Positions 19,818 through 29,844 of a stretch of DNA of 64,000 bases are shown piece after piece. Positions within the stretch are counted from its first letter, which is position 1, and every line of letters starts with the position of its first letter. The stretch spans positions 372,001-436,000 of IMG/VR virus record IMGVR_UViG_3300042261_002385, one strand, 5' to 3'. The translations under genes were made by a program, and so were the position numbers. The notes under the pieces are model-generated. The model made no database searches. It was given only the letters and a program-made list of their open reading frames with translations, and was not told the origin of the DNA.

Positions 19818-19925
19818 ATGAAAAAATGGTTGAAAAGAGTTGGTTTAGCTGGTTTTTTGTTCTTTTTAATCAAAGGATTAGTTTGGTTAAGTATTTTTAT
19901 AGCAGCTTACTTTTTAGGTAGTTAA
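19818..19925 (+). CDS. 35-aa membrane peptide MKKWLKRVGLAGFLFFLIKGLVWL...
   Basis: Manual translation; resembles a small Bacteroidota membrane peptide family. Confidence 0.55.
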   Translation: MKKWLKRVGLAGFLFFLIKGLVWLSIFIAAYFLGS

Positions 19926-20611
19926 TTATCTAAACAAACACTTAATAATTTACCTTCTGAGTTATACCAATATCTACGAACTAAAACTCCAAACTCATTG
20001 TATTGGTAAACAATTTTGATATAGTTTTTTGAGCTATTAAATTCTTTTTGAATTATTTTTTTATCTTTAAATATTATTAAATCTTTTCCAATTTTGACAG
20101 TGTCTTGTGTAAATGAATTATTAAAGAATGATAGAAAAAATGTCAACAAACCAACAAACCTCATTTGATATATATTTGAGGTTAATACTTAAATTAATAA
20201 AAAATAAATTAAATTATGAAAAGATATAGTCCAATACTATTTATCTGGTTATTTTGCTTTATAGGAACTACCTCTAACGCCTACATGACTTATATAACTG
20301 GTGATTTGTCAGAAACACTTGCTTGGTCTTCTGCTGGTGCCTTCTTAGCAAATCTAATTGTCTATCATTTCTGGGCTACTAGAAAAGAAAAAGATTCTGA
20401 ATTATTAGATGAATAAAGAACTTTTAGAATATAACATCTGTTTAATTTCTGAACAACTTACAATAGAACAAATTATCTTTGCTCGAAGAAATAGAGATTG
20501 GAGAAAGTTTGATAAATTAGATGAAATTTCAAAATTAAGAGTTAGATTAGAAGAGTTAGAGTATTTTGCTGATGATATAGATCCTAACTATAAACCAAAA
20601 GGATATTTTCA

Positions 20612-20827
20612 ATGATAAATAAAAAAAACATACAGGAATACTTTGAACTGATGAAATCAAAAAATGTCATTGCTGACTATTGGAACTTTGATAATTTTCT
20701 GGAAGAATCGGAACATGTCAAAATCTACTATTCACATAAGTCTGGAAAACGATCTTCATTTAGATTTACTAAAGAAATGGTAATTCAAGAACTTAGAGAT
20801 AACAAGTTAAAAAAAATTTTTGATTAG
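20612..20827 (+). CDS. C-tagged hypothetical protein (LRDNKLKKIFD)
   Basis: ORF track. Confidence 0.65.
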   Translation: MINKKNIQEYFELMKSKNVIADYWNFDNFLEESEHVKIYYSHKSGKRSSFRFTKEMVIQELRDNKLKKIFD

Positions 20828-21004
20828 TTACTTATTCTTAGGTGGTCTAAAAGGCATAGCTTTATTCCACTCCTCTTTTCTTTTTTCACATCCACAATCT
20901 TCATATCCCAAAGTTTTTGCAACTTTCACTGCCAATTTATCAACACGAACTAATTTAGTTGCCTTAGCTACCAAATCACCCATACCTTTTAATTCTTCTG
21001 ACAT
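20828..21004 (-). CDS. Small phage protein with GxGD..DCGCxxR motif
   Basis: Start reassigned to MSEELKGMGD after an AATATATA (-) element. Confidence 0.65.
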   Translation of the reverse strand: MSEELKGMGDLVAKATKLVRVDKLAVKVAKTLGYEDCGCEKRKEEWNKAMPFRPPKNK

Positions 21005-21042
21005 ATATTGTATATATTTAGATTTTTTTTTATATTTGCTGT

Positions 21043-21378
21043 ATGAAAACATTATTTACATCACTAATACTTTTAACGTCAAGTGTAATTTATTCACAAT
21101 ATAAATATAACAATGACTACGATAATAATTCTTTAAATGAACAGACCTGGCAAATTTCAACCACTTTTACTAATCAACAAATATCTTTTAGTTGGGAAAA
21201 AGATATCGTAACTTCTATTATAATAAAATCGATAGACAATGAATTTTATCTACCTAAAATCGATGCTTTTATGACTTCACAGCTTACTTTAAATCAACTT
21301 GCTAGCGGTAGATACGAGGTGATTTTTTTAGATGATTGTGATGCTATTATGTATACAAAAAAATTCGAAATAAAATGA
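21043..21378 (+). CDS. Secreted protein resembling a stand-alone T9SS type-A C-terminal domain
   Basis: Signal peptide; LNQLASGRYEVIF...YTKKFEIK. Confidence 0.55.
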   Translation: MKTLFTSLILLTSSVIYSQYKYNNDYDNNSLNEQTWQISTTFTNQQISFSWEKDIVTSIIIKSIDNEFYLPKIDAFMTSQLTLNQLASGRYEVIFLDDCDAIMYTKKFEIK

Positions 21379-22187
21379 CAATTTTTACTAGAGCTAAAAT
21401 ATCTAGAATCCTCCAAGACAAAACTAACTCTGGTGAGATAAGAGGATTTCAATTGGCTGATAATTATTTAAGAATTACTAAGTCTAAACGAACTGGATTT
21501 ACATTCAAAATTGACAACTTTACTGATAATGTTTTGATAAAAATACTTCAGAAAAAAACTCCTCACCCATCAATTCAAAATATAGAAACTTTCTATGAAA
21601 ATCAAATAGAAATATTTACAATATGAGACCAGAAAAAATTTTACTCCACATCGATAAAACAATAATTGAAAAAATAAAAAATGGTGAACGTTGGCTCAGT
21701 TTAATTGACTATCTAAAAGATAATATAAATAAATACAAAAGAAGAGATGGATACATCCAGGTTTCTGAAAAATATCTAATTAATAATTGGGATAGAATTG
21801 ACTGGAAAAAAAGAATGACCACAATGTTGGTAATTCAATCAAATAGACGTATTTCTGATATAAATTGGATTAAAAAAAGTCACTCAAAATTTCCACAATT
21901 GGGGTCTATTGGTATGTATAATTTAATTTTATTAAAAGATAAACTAAGATATAATCAATCTTCCGATTCTGAGTCTTCTAGATTATCTGATAATTCTAAC
22001 TCATAAACATCACCTCTAAATTCAATCCAGTGATTATCGTTGATTGAATATCTTTTAATGTAAGTCTCTATTTTATCTCCTGTTTTAAGTATGATTTTAT
22101 TTTCTAAGATTTTTATAGTGCCTTTAATATCTGCCATACGTAATTTAAATTTTGTTTAATATATATTGAAATAAAAAAACCCATTTT

Positions 22188-22307
22188 TTAATGGGTTTCT
22201 TGTTTATATTTTTTCAACAAAGCTTCGTTGAGTTGTATTCTTTTTAGTTTCTTTACTAAGTTTCCTCGGTTTCTTTTTGGTTTTCCTTCTTTTCTTGCTT
22301 TTGCCAT
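22188..22307 (-). CDS. 39-aa highly basic peptide (MAKARKGGKPKRNRG...)
   Basis: Manual translation; AATATATA upstream and terminator hairpin at about 22175-22198. Confidence 0.55.
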   Translation of the reverse strand: MAKARKEGKPKRNRGNLVKKLKRIQLNEALLKKYKQETH

Positions 22308-22330
22308 AGTAGTGATTTTTTTATTATATA

Positions 22331-22981
22331 TTAAGTTTTGATATAATAATTAAACCAAGTTCCAGAATTAGACCAAGTCACATCTAATAAAATTTTACTT
22401 AGTGGTGGTCCGAAAATTTTATAAGTTATAAAGTGTGATCCAACTGGTAATAGATTCCAAATAGACTGAGTCAACTCTACAGGAAAACAAACATCATTTG
22501 TGAATACAACAACAGGTTTTTCAAAGTCAAATTGCAAAATGTCATCGTTTAATAAAATGACATTATTGAAATCGTGTTCTAACCTTTCTAGAAGTTCAAC
22601 TGCATATACGTGTCGACCGGTCACAATCTCAACTCCTACAATATTTTCAAAATCTGAAATTAGAGACATATGCAGACAAATTTTTCCGACACCACTACCT
22701 ACGTCGATGAAAGTATCTATACCTTTGTTATGCTTACAAATCTCTTTGTGAATTGTCTCAACACCTGACTTAGTAATCTCACCATACACAAACTTCTTAT
22801 CGTCATAAATAAGTGATTTTTTTTGTTGAATAGTTTTGTCTAAATCTTCCAATGAATATACTTTATCACTAAATTCATTTTGAATTTTACTTGGATCTTC
22901 AGGTAAAAGATTGTTTAAAGTCATTTTGATATTAACATACTTGTCATATATTGTTTCTAACAAATTATCCAACTTAGTCAT
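22331..22981 (-). CDS. DOT1-like class I SAM-dependent methyltransferase
   Basis: FVYGEI, FIDVGSGVGK, VGVEI, VVFTNDVCF. Confidence 0.7.
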   Translation of the reverse strand: MTKLDNLLETIYDKYVNIKMTLNNLLPEDPSKIQNEFSDKVYSLEDLDKTIQQKKSLIYDDKKFVYGEITKSGVETIHKEICKHNKGIDTFIDVGSGVGKICLHMSLISDFENIVGVEIVTGRHVYAVELLERLEHDFNNVILLNDDILQFDFEKPVVVFTNDVCFPVELTQSIWNLLPVGSHFITYKIFGPPLSKILLDVTWSNSGTWFNYYIKT

Positions 22982-24172
22982 ACTATTTTATAATTTGAAA
23001 CATTTTATGTTTAGATCATCTAAACTTTTTCAACAAATCTATTCAGTTATTAACATCCAGACAACCTTTTAGAAGAATTAACGTATCTTTATAAAAAATT
23101 AATTATATGATGTTATCTTACTTACTTCTACTTTGCACACTTTATTTAGTGTGGTCTTTTAACTTATCTTGTCTCGTTTTTCTTATAGAACAGGGATATT
23201 TCAGTCACAAATTTTGGACACGTTCACTTAGGTCTACTTTTGTGATGCCACCATTTGCAATATTGGTTTATTCGGTAATTTTCTTTAAAGAATCGGTTAG
23301 TGTTAATTGGGAAAATCTTAAGATGGTTATGACAAAAAGAAAAGATTAAAACTTTTCTTTTTGATTATTAGACCATTCAAAGTAATCTTTTCTATCTCTG
23401 ACAACAGTTGTAGTTAATAATGTCAATGAAAAAAGTGACAATATAAATAAAATTATTTCCATAGTCTATATATTCTTTAAATCGAAAAAAAGTGTAAATA
23501 ACAGTTTAACAAATTGTTAATTATATTTGGTCAAATAAATAATAATCACTATATTTGTTAAATGAAAAGGATAAAACTCTTACCAATTTTAATTTTCACT
23601 TTTGTGACTGGTATTTTAGTTTTTAAATTTTCCAGTCGGCCATCTGGCTGTAAAACTATCGTTATACTACAAAATGGAGAATCCATAAATTGTAAATGGA
23701 TTAACTCATACAACTCTGGGTTTTCAAGTATCCGTAAGTGTGATGGTTCTGATTTTCAAACAGCAACTGCAAATATTAAACAAGTCATAAATAAATAAGA
23801 TGAAAAATTTTAAATCATTCTCACCTAAAGTTGATGAAAAAAGAAGATTAGTCTTAACTCGTTTTTATACTGGCGTTAAAGACTCTAACTCTTTTTGCTA
23901 TCAGATAACTAAGATTACAAAAGTCGGAACTTTAGATAAAAAGTTTAAACCACTCTATGCTTTCGGAACAGACGACTTTAACTCAGTTAAATCATTCTCA
24001 CATAGTGGTAACGGTCAACCAGTTAAAGTCTTCAGAAAACCTTTTAAATCAGTATTCGGAGTTGAAAAGAAAAACGATCCAGTCAGTGTTTGGCGAAAAA
24101 TATAACTGTAAAAAAACCAGAAATCTATACACGTTATTTTTAACTTAATATATAAAAGAAAAAATAACGCTT

Positions 24173-24346
24173 ATGAAACTAACTAAAGAACAATTGCTTG
24201 GAATCGTAAGACACACACTAACATTTGTTGGTGGTATCGTTGTAATGAAGGGACTTGTAGATGAAGCTACAGTAACTGAAATTACAGGTGGTGTTCTTAC
24301 TTTAGCTGGAGCCATTTGGTCTATCATCGCTAAAAACAAGGCGTAA
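24173..24346 (+). CDS. Putative holin (57 aa, two hydrophobic segments)
   Basis: MKLTKEQLLGIVRHTLTFVGG...LAGAIWSIIAKNKA; AATATATA 24147 and own terminator; the ORF track lists only the antisense frame. Confidence 0.65.
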   Translation: MKLTKEQLLGIVRHTLTFVGGIVVMKGLVDEATVTEITGGVLTLAGAIWSIIAKNKA

Positions 24347-24368
24347 TAGTCACTTAAGAAAAAAAATT

Positions 24369-24395
24369 AAAACCCACTTAATAGTGGGTTTTTTA
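24369..24395. terminator. Intrinsic terminator
   Basis: aaaacccact-taat-agtgggtttttt. Confidence 0.85.
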
Positions 24396-24443
24396 TTTTG
24401 TATTGTAATCATTTATTGTTATATTTGTAGAAATAAATCCACT

Positions 24444-24722
24444 ATGAAAAAATTTGAATCAAGTCGTTTAACAGAAGGAAATAAGTTATTTCCAACTCAA
24501 ATCTTATTATCAAGCAAAGGGGTCGTGGTAAAAAAACCAGGTATGTTTTCATCAGAAGAAAAAGTAATACCTTACTCACAAATTACTTATATTAATATTA
24601 ACACACCACTAGTCGGTTTCTCAAGTATTGAAATCGGAACCGAAAATCAACCAGTCATAATCGGTGGTCTTCTTAAAAGAGAAGTGGAGGAAATTCAAAG
24701 TTTAATTTTAGAAACGTTATAA
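24444..24722 (+). CDS. Bacterial PH-domain-like protein
   Basis: GMFSSEEKVIPYSQITYINI..GFSSIEI; host-type promoter 24420. Confidence 0.65.
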   Translation: MKKFESSRLTEGNKLFPTQILLSSKGVVVKKPGMFSSEEKVIPYSQITYININTPLVGFSSIEIGTENQPVIIGGLLKREVEEIQSLILETL

Positions 24723-24822
24723 ATTTAATTATTATGAGCACGGAAATTTTAGCAGCAATTATGACACCAGTTGTTATTTTTAGTATTTTAATTATTGCAA
24801 CAATCAAAGATAAACGCAACTA

Positions 24823-25020
24823 ATGGTTGTTATATGCAGAGATAATAAAGACTATGAAAGGTTCCTAAAAATTGGCGAGAAGTATTTCGTTATAGAAATT
24901 CTTTGTCAAGAAAACCAATTTTGGTATAGAATTGAAGGATTGAATACTATTTTCAGCTACTTTCGATTCTACCCAGTAGACCTTATTAGACAACAAAAGA
25001 TTGAAGATTTAGGTATCTAA
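24823..25020 (+). CDS. C-tagged small beta-rich protein (IRQQKIEDLGI)
   Basis: MVVIC..LKIGEKYFV pattern. Confidence 0.65.
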   Translation: MVVICRDNKDYERFLKIGEKYFVIEILCQENQFWYRIEGLNTIFSYFRFYPVDLIRQQKIEDLGI

Positions 25021-25036
25021 AATTAATATATAACCT

Positions 25037-25594
25037 ATGAGGTTATTAAATTTCGAGCTTTTTTGTGAAGCCTACAACAAACCAAGAGCTGGTGGTAAAC
25101 GTCGTTGGTCAGTCAAATATAAGAAGAAAATTGATTGTAGTAATCCAAAAGGATTTTCTCAAAAACAATATTGTAAAAGAAAACGTAGAGGTGGTCACTA
25201 TAAAACAGAATCAGTTGATAATGATTTTATAAAAAATACTCTTGGTCATATATTCTTAGAAGTATCTGATGTTAGTGATTGGTTTTTTTCGGTAGAAGGC
25301 GATATTTTTAGTAACTACTATGAAGTTTATATATCATTTGGTGATTCTGAACCATATCGAGGAGATGAAGGTGATGAATATCAACAAAGACAAATTTCTA
25401 AAGAATTAATAGATTGTATAAAAAGATCTATAGATTTTATGGACGGTGAAGATTTTTATTATAATTTACTTTTTTGTTCAGAATATTCATCCGACCCTGG
25501 TGAAGATTATATAGATACAATAGATATTGAAGATTTGAAACCAGGTCAATCAATGTTAGAAAATGAATCTATCAGAATAAAATTTTCTAAATAG
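25037..25594 (+). CDS. N-tagged protein with basic IDCSNPKGFSQKQYC module and acidic domain
   Basis: MRLLNFELFCE; AATATATA 25025. Confidence 0.7.
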   Translation: MRLLNFELFCEAYNKPRAGGKRRWSVKYKKKIDCSNPKGFSQKQYCKRKRRGGHYKTESVDNDFIKNTLGHIFLEVSDVSDWFFSVEGDIFSNYYEVYISFGDSEPYRGDEGDEYQQRQISKELIDCIKRSIDFMDGEDFYYNLLFCSEYSSDPGEDYIDTIDIEDLKPGQSMLENESIRIKFSK

Positions 25595-25631
25595 TTTAAT
25601 CTTTTTTTCCAATAGACATATAACTCTTACT

Positions 25632-25991
25632 ATGAGTTTATTCTATTTCTTTACAATTGTTTTTATTCTATGGGAGCTTAACACTCTCATTTTTACAAAG
25701 TCATATAACGATTTTTTAGAGTCAAGTATTCAAAGAATTCAAACACAGAAAGTCACTACAGATGATATTGTTTTTTCACTTTTTAACCTTTCTTATTTTA
25801 TTTGGACATCAATAGGAATATTTACCAATCAATATCTGTTTTTTTTACTACTTCTTATTTTAGGAGTTGTTAGTGCAACTGTTTCTAAAAAGATTAAAAA
25901 ATCTAATATAGACAGAATTCTATTACACAGGAGAATCGATGCTGTTATTTCAATCGTAATATTAGTTTTGATTTGGTTCAGTCGGTATTAA
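25632..25991 (+). CDS. Membrane protein
   Basis: Several hydrophobic segments. Confidence 0.65.
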   Translation: MSLFYFFTIVFILWELNTLIFTKSYNDFLESSIQRIQTQKVTTDDIVFSLFNLSYFIWTSIGIFTNQYLFFLLLLILGVVSATVSKKIKKSNIDRILLHRRIDAVISIVILVLIWFSRY

Positions 25992-26080
25992 ATCAAATCG
26001 ATGAAAAGATTAATCTTAAAAGTATTACTGTGGTGGAGCCTCAAATATAAAAAAAATAAAAGAAAGTCAATTTGGGATTT

Positions 26081-26395
26081 ATGATGTCAGAAAAAAATGA
26101 ATTAAATGTAGTTCAGAGTCACATTAATAAAATATACGAACTTTTTAAATCACAATCAAAACTAAATTATGTCACTCCATCTATACCAGGTCAACAAATT
26201 GTCGACTATCTTCAAATAGACAAGTCAGAGTATTACCACTTCTTTAATTTGATGTGCTATGAACTAAAAGTGCTTTCTATAAATCCAGGAACAGATGAAG
26301 TGTCTTATCATTGGCAGGAAAATGATTATGGATTACTAGAACCACTCAGAACTCAACTTGAAAGAGATATTAAAATTGATGAACTAGGTATATGA
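26081..26395 (+). CDS. C-tagged hypothetical protein (ERDIKIDELGI)
   Basis: ORF track; probable ATG at 26081. Confidence 0.65.
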   Translation: MMSEKNELNVVQSHINKIYELFKSQSKLNYVTPSIPGQQIVDYLQIDKSEYYHFFNLMCYELKVLSINPGTDEVSYHWQENDYGLLEPLRTQLERDIKIDELGI

Positions 26396-26616
26396 GAGTA
26401 GGTGATATTGTTAGATTAAAATCTGAACACTATTTAAATCAGTTCATTAAAGGAGACTGTTCTATAACACAAGTAGTTAAATATAATAATAAACATAGAA
26501 GGACTCGATATCATATTAAAAATAGTCAAGATTGCATGACTTGGGTATATTTAGAAGAAATAGATTTAATAAGTGATTTAAGAGACCAAAGACTATCAAT
26601 GATAGGTATCAAATAA
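26392..26616 (+). CDS. C-tagged SH3/KOW-like small protein (LRDQRLSMIGIK)
   Basis: MRVGDIVRLK start. Confidence 0.65.
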   Translation: MRVGDIVRLKSEHYLNQFIKGDCSITQVVKYNNKHRRTRYHIKNSQDCMTWVYLEEIDLISDLRDQRLSMIGIK

Positions 26617-26632
26617 ATAAATATATAAGTAT

Positions 26633-27286
26633 ATGTTAACAACCATCTTTATTATCTTAAACATTGTTTTATTAGAAATTGTTCTAAGCATTGACAATGC
26701 GGCTGTCTTATCAACTATGGTAGGACAACTTCCAAAATCTGAACAAAAAAAGGCACTGACTTGGGGAATCTTTGGAGCTTATATCTTTAGAGGTTTGGCA
26801 CTTCTTTTTGCGACCATTTTAATTAAGTTGACTTGGTTAAAAGTAGTCGGTGGTCTTTACTTAGTATATTTAGGAATTAAATCACTAAGTCTCCAATCAG
26901 ATAGTAAAGAAAAACACCCAGTCAAATTACCGTTCTTAAATACATTTTGGTCAACTGTCGTTATGGTCGAATTTATGGATATTATTTTTAGCATTGACAA
27001 TATATTTTCAGCAGTCGCATTTACCAACAACTTCTGGGTAATTTGTTTAGGGGTTTTTATAGGCATTTTAGCTATTCGTTTTGCTACAACTAAAATGATT
27101 GAGTTAGTGAAAAAAATACCAGTTATTGAAAAAATAGCTTTTGTAGTAATCGGTGTGTTAGGTATAAAATTAGTCTTATCTTCTTTCTTTCCTGAATTAA
27201 CATCTGAACTAGTTGACTTAGTTTTTTCACTTGGAACACTAGTCGCTTTTTTGACACCGGTTTTAATTAACAAGCTCAGTAAATAG
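26633..27286 (+). CDS. TerC/Alx family membrane protein
   Basis: LEIVLSIDNAAVL, GIFGAYIFRG, DIIFSIDNIFSAVA. Confidence 0.9.
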   Translation: MLTTIFIILNIVLLEIVLSIDNAAVLSTMVGQLPKSEQKKALTWGIFGAYIFRGLALLFATILIKLTWLKVVGGLYLVYLGIKSLSLQSDSKEKHPVKLPFLNTFWSTVVMVEFMDIIFSIDNIFSAVAFTNNFWVICLGVFIGILAIRFATTKMIELVKKIPVIEKIAFVVIGVLGIKLVLSSFFPELTSELVDLVFSLGTLVAFLTPVLINKLSK

Positions 27287-27310
27287 TTTTTGATATTTAA
27301 TATATAATAT

Positions 27311-27601
27311 ATGAAATTAAAACATTTACAAGACTTTGCGCAAACAAGATTTGGAGGAGCTGAAAAAATAGCTAACACGGCTAAAGACAAAGGTGGACTA
27401 GCACTATTGACCTGGAGACACTTTAAAGTTAAACTTCCTTACTATAAAAAGGCTGCTGAGGGTGAACTGGATTTAGAACAAGCAAAAAAAGAGTTTGATA
27501 AAACCCTAAAGTCAATTAATCTAAACATGACTCAAACTGAGTTTCAAACTGAAGTAGGTAGACTTGAAGTCTTAGGTGAGTTACTTATTAAAAACTCTTA
27601 G
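27311..27601 (+). CDS. Hypothetical protein with tag-like N-terminus (MKLKHLQDF)
   Basis: AATATATA 27299. Confidence 0.65.
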   Translation: MKLKHLQDFAQTRFGGAEKIANTAKDKGGLALLTWRHFKVKLPYYKKAAEGELDLEQAKKEFDKTLKSINLNMTQTEFQTEVGRLEVLGELLIKNS

Positions 27602-28371
27602 ATAGTTACTCTTTGAGAATTTATTTTCTGACCAATTAATTGTAACGATTCTCTATCAAATTCATCACTACTACCGGTTGTAAAATACTTACACGTTCCA
27701 CCTAAACTTGGTTCTATTCCTAAAGCGGAAATATAATCAACTATAATATCATCCTGAGAAATAATCTTAATATCTGGATATAATTCCTTGATGATATCTT
27801 TTAAAATGATGTAGTGTGTGCATGCTAATAAAATTGTGTCAATATCATTGTTTAAGTTAAACAATTCAGATAAATCCGACTTAATTATCTCTAAACCTTC
27901 AGATGTATTGAATTCACCAGTTTCAACCAACTGAGCCCAATTTGGACAACTTAAAGCCGTAACTCTGTCTAAAGACTTTTGATAAACACCCAAATGTATT
28001 GTTTTAGACGTTCCTAACACACCTAAATGATCATACTTGACTCTCTTTACCCAATCAATTGTTGGTGTGATTATATCAATTGTATTTGATGAATAGGTAG
28101 ATAACGAACAAGCTGTATTACAAGCTACAATGTTTGTTTTACATCCTGACTGATTCAAAAAATCTAAACCACGAGTGGTTAGTGATACAATTTCTTGAGA
28201 ATCAAGTTCTCCATATGGTGCTGTAAGATTGTCACCTAAGAAAACAAAGTCATAGTCTGGAAACTTTTTACGAAGTGTCGTCAATATAAAAAGACCACCA
28301 TATCCAGAATCAAAAACACCGATAGGATTATAAGATGAGTTAAACTCAAGATATAATTTTAACCACTTCAT
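27598..28371 (-). CDS. murI: Glutamate racemase with N-terminal tag extension
   Basis: PIGVFDSGYGG, APYG, VACNTA and LACTHY catalytic cysteines; extra MKWLKLYLEFN. Confidence 0.9.
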   Translation of the reverse strand: MKWLKLYLEFNSSYNPIGVFDSGYGGLFILTTLRKKFPDYDFVFLGDNLTAPYGELDSQEIVSLTTRGLDFLNQSGCKTNIVACNTACSLSTYSSNTIDIITPTIDWVKRVKYDHLGVLGTSKTIHLGVYQKSLDRVTALSCPNWAQLVETGEFNTSEGLEIIKSDLSELFNLNNDIDTILLACTHYIILKDIIKELYPDIKIISQDDIIVDYISALGIEPSLGGTCKYFTTGSSDEFDRESLQLIGQKINSQRVTI

Positions 28372-28703
28372 ATATTTTGGTCCTGTAGATATCTTTCAAC
28401 TTGAGTTTTAAAAACTTCAAAATCAGAAGGAATAGTTTTGAATTTAGACTGCCTTATGAAAATTTCTTGATTTCCATTTTTTTCTAAACTATAACCAAGA
28501 TGTGTTTTTTTAATTATCTCACCTGTCGGTAGTTGTGCTGTCGACTCGTCTATAAACTCACCACCGATATTGGAAATAAACATTACTTCTGAATTTGAAA
28601 AATCATTTGGATCATACTCTTTAGTTTGACCATGACTTCTCATCACGGTTCTTAAATCATTTAGACCCTCCTTAATATAATCTTTATATCTTTTAACTTT
28701 CAT
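28368..28703 (-). CDS. N-tagged hypothetical protein (MKVKRYKDYIKE)
   Basis: ORF track. Confidence 0.65.
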   Translation of the reverse strand: MKVKRYKDYIKEGLNDLRTVMRSHGQTKEYDPNDFSNSEVMFISNIGGEFIDESTAQLPTGEIIKKTHLGYSLEKNGNQEIFIRQSKFKTIPSDFEVFKTQVERYLQDQNI

Positions 28704-29806
28704 TACGCTCTAGTAATTGCAAATTGTTGTATTGAATCAAGTCCCCAATCACCTCCCCAGTTGGTTGTTCCACATGATGTAGTGGTTGAACCAGCTGGTG
28801 TGAGTTGTTTATATCCTAACAATTCGTCAAGTGAATAAAGAACATACTCTGCTGAATAAACATCTTCTGATCCAACGACAGCAACTATCCAAGCTGAGTC
28901 ATTAAGTAAGAAACTACCTTCTTTATAGTAGGCTATAACGCTTGTAGGATGTGTGACTCCATCTGGAATAGAAATTGGATAAAATAAGTTTTCTTCTAAT
29001 TGGTTAAAAGCAAACCAACTTAATGGTGTTTGGTAATAAATGAATTGATTATTTGAGTGTGTTGCTGCGTAACTAGCTGCTGATAAAGGTGTCAACGTTT
29101 GTGCTCCAGAACCGTAAGCCTCAAATGTTATACCTGTTATTAGTCCACAAGCTGGAGGAGCAGAACCAGTCGTTACACTTGCAGTAAATGAAAATATTTG
29201 TTTGTCAAGATTCATAACACGATCGAGATATAAAGTATATGTGGTTGAATAACTAGCATTTGATGAAAAATTTATAGTAGCATCAGTAACTTTTAAGTCA
29301 TCATACGTAATTTCAGTTGCTGGAATAATATCACCTGTATCATCTTTAACTAAACGAGCATATCTTGGTAACAAAGAAACTGAGATTACTGGTGCATCAA
29401 AGGTTACAGTCAAAGTATTTAAGTCTACAAATTCAGGGGTGATACCATTGGTAGTAGATATTTCAGTGGGTCTAAAACTTTCTCTAGACTTTTGTAATTG
29501 AGCAGCTACAGTAGGAGCTCCAGAAACAAACGGTGGAAAAACTCTATGTTTCTTTTGGTCATAAGTATTTGTTTCATCCCAACCTAAATCACCATTTGGT
29601 TCTTTTTCAACATCTACATAGAAAGTTTCATCAATTCTATCCCAGCAGAGACTTATGTAAGTAATTTCTTTTTCATCTTCTATAATAATTCTACCTCTTG
29701 AATCGATTTGCCTTTCAAGACCAGAACCTTTTAAAGCTGCACTCCAAGCCACTTGACCAACAATTGAAAGTAAATTTACGACTCGGTTAGTATCATCTAT
29801 AGCCAT
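28703..29806 (-). CDS. Putative virion protein, paralog of 29845-31332
   Basis: Shared WDRIDE, PTVAAQLQK, EAYGSGxQ, YVLYSLD, NWGG, IQQF. Confidence 0.6.
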   Translation of the reverse strand: MAIDDTNRVVNLLSIVGQVAWSAALKGSGLERQIDSRGRIIIEDEKEITYISLCWDRIDETFYVDVEKEPNGDLGWDETNTYDQKKHRVFPPFVSGAPTVAAQLQKSRESFRPTEISTTNGITPEFVDLNTLTVTFDAPVISVSLLPRYARLVKDDTGDIIPATEITYDDLKVTDATINFSSNASYSTTYTLYLDRVMNLDKQIFSFTASVTTGSAPPACGLITGITFEAYGSGAQTLTPLSAASYAATHSNNQFIYYQTPLSWFAFNQLEENLFYPISIPDGVTHPTSVIAYYKEGSFLLNDSAWIVAVVGSEDVYSAEYVLYSLDELLGYKQLTPAGSTTTSCGTTNWGGDWGLDSIQQFAITRA

Positions 29807-29844
29807 ATCACATTTTTTTCTTTTATATATTAATTCTCAAAAAC

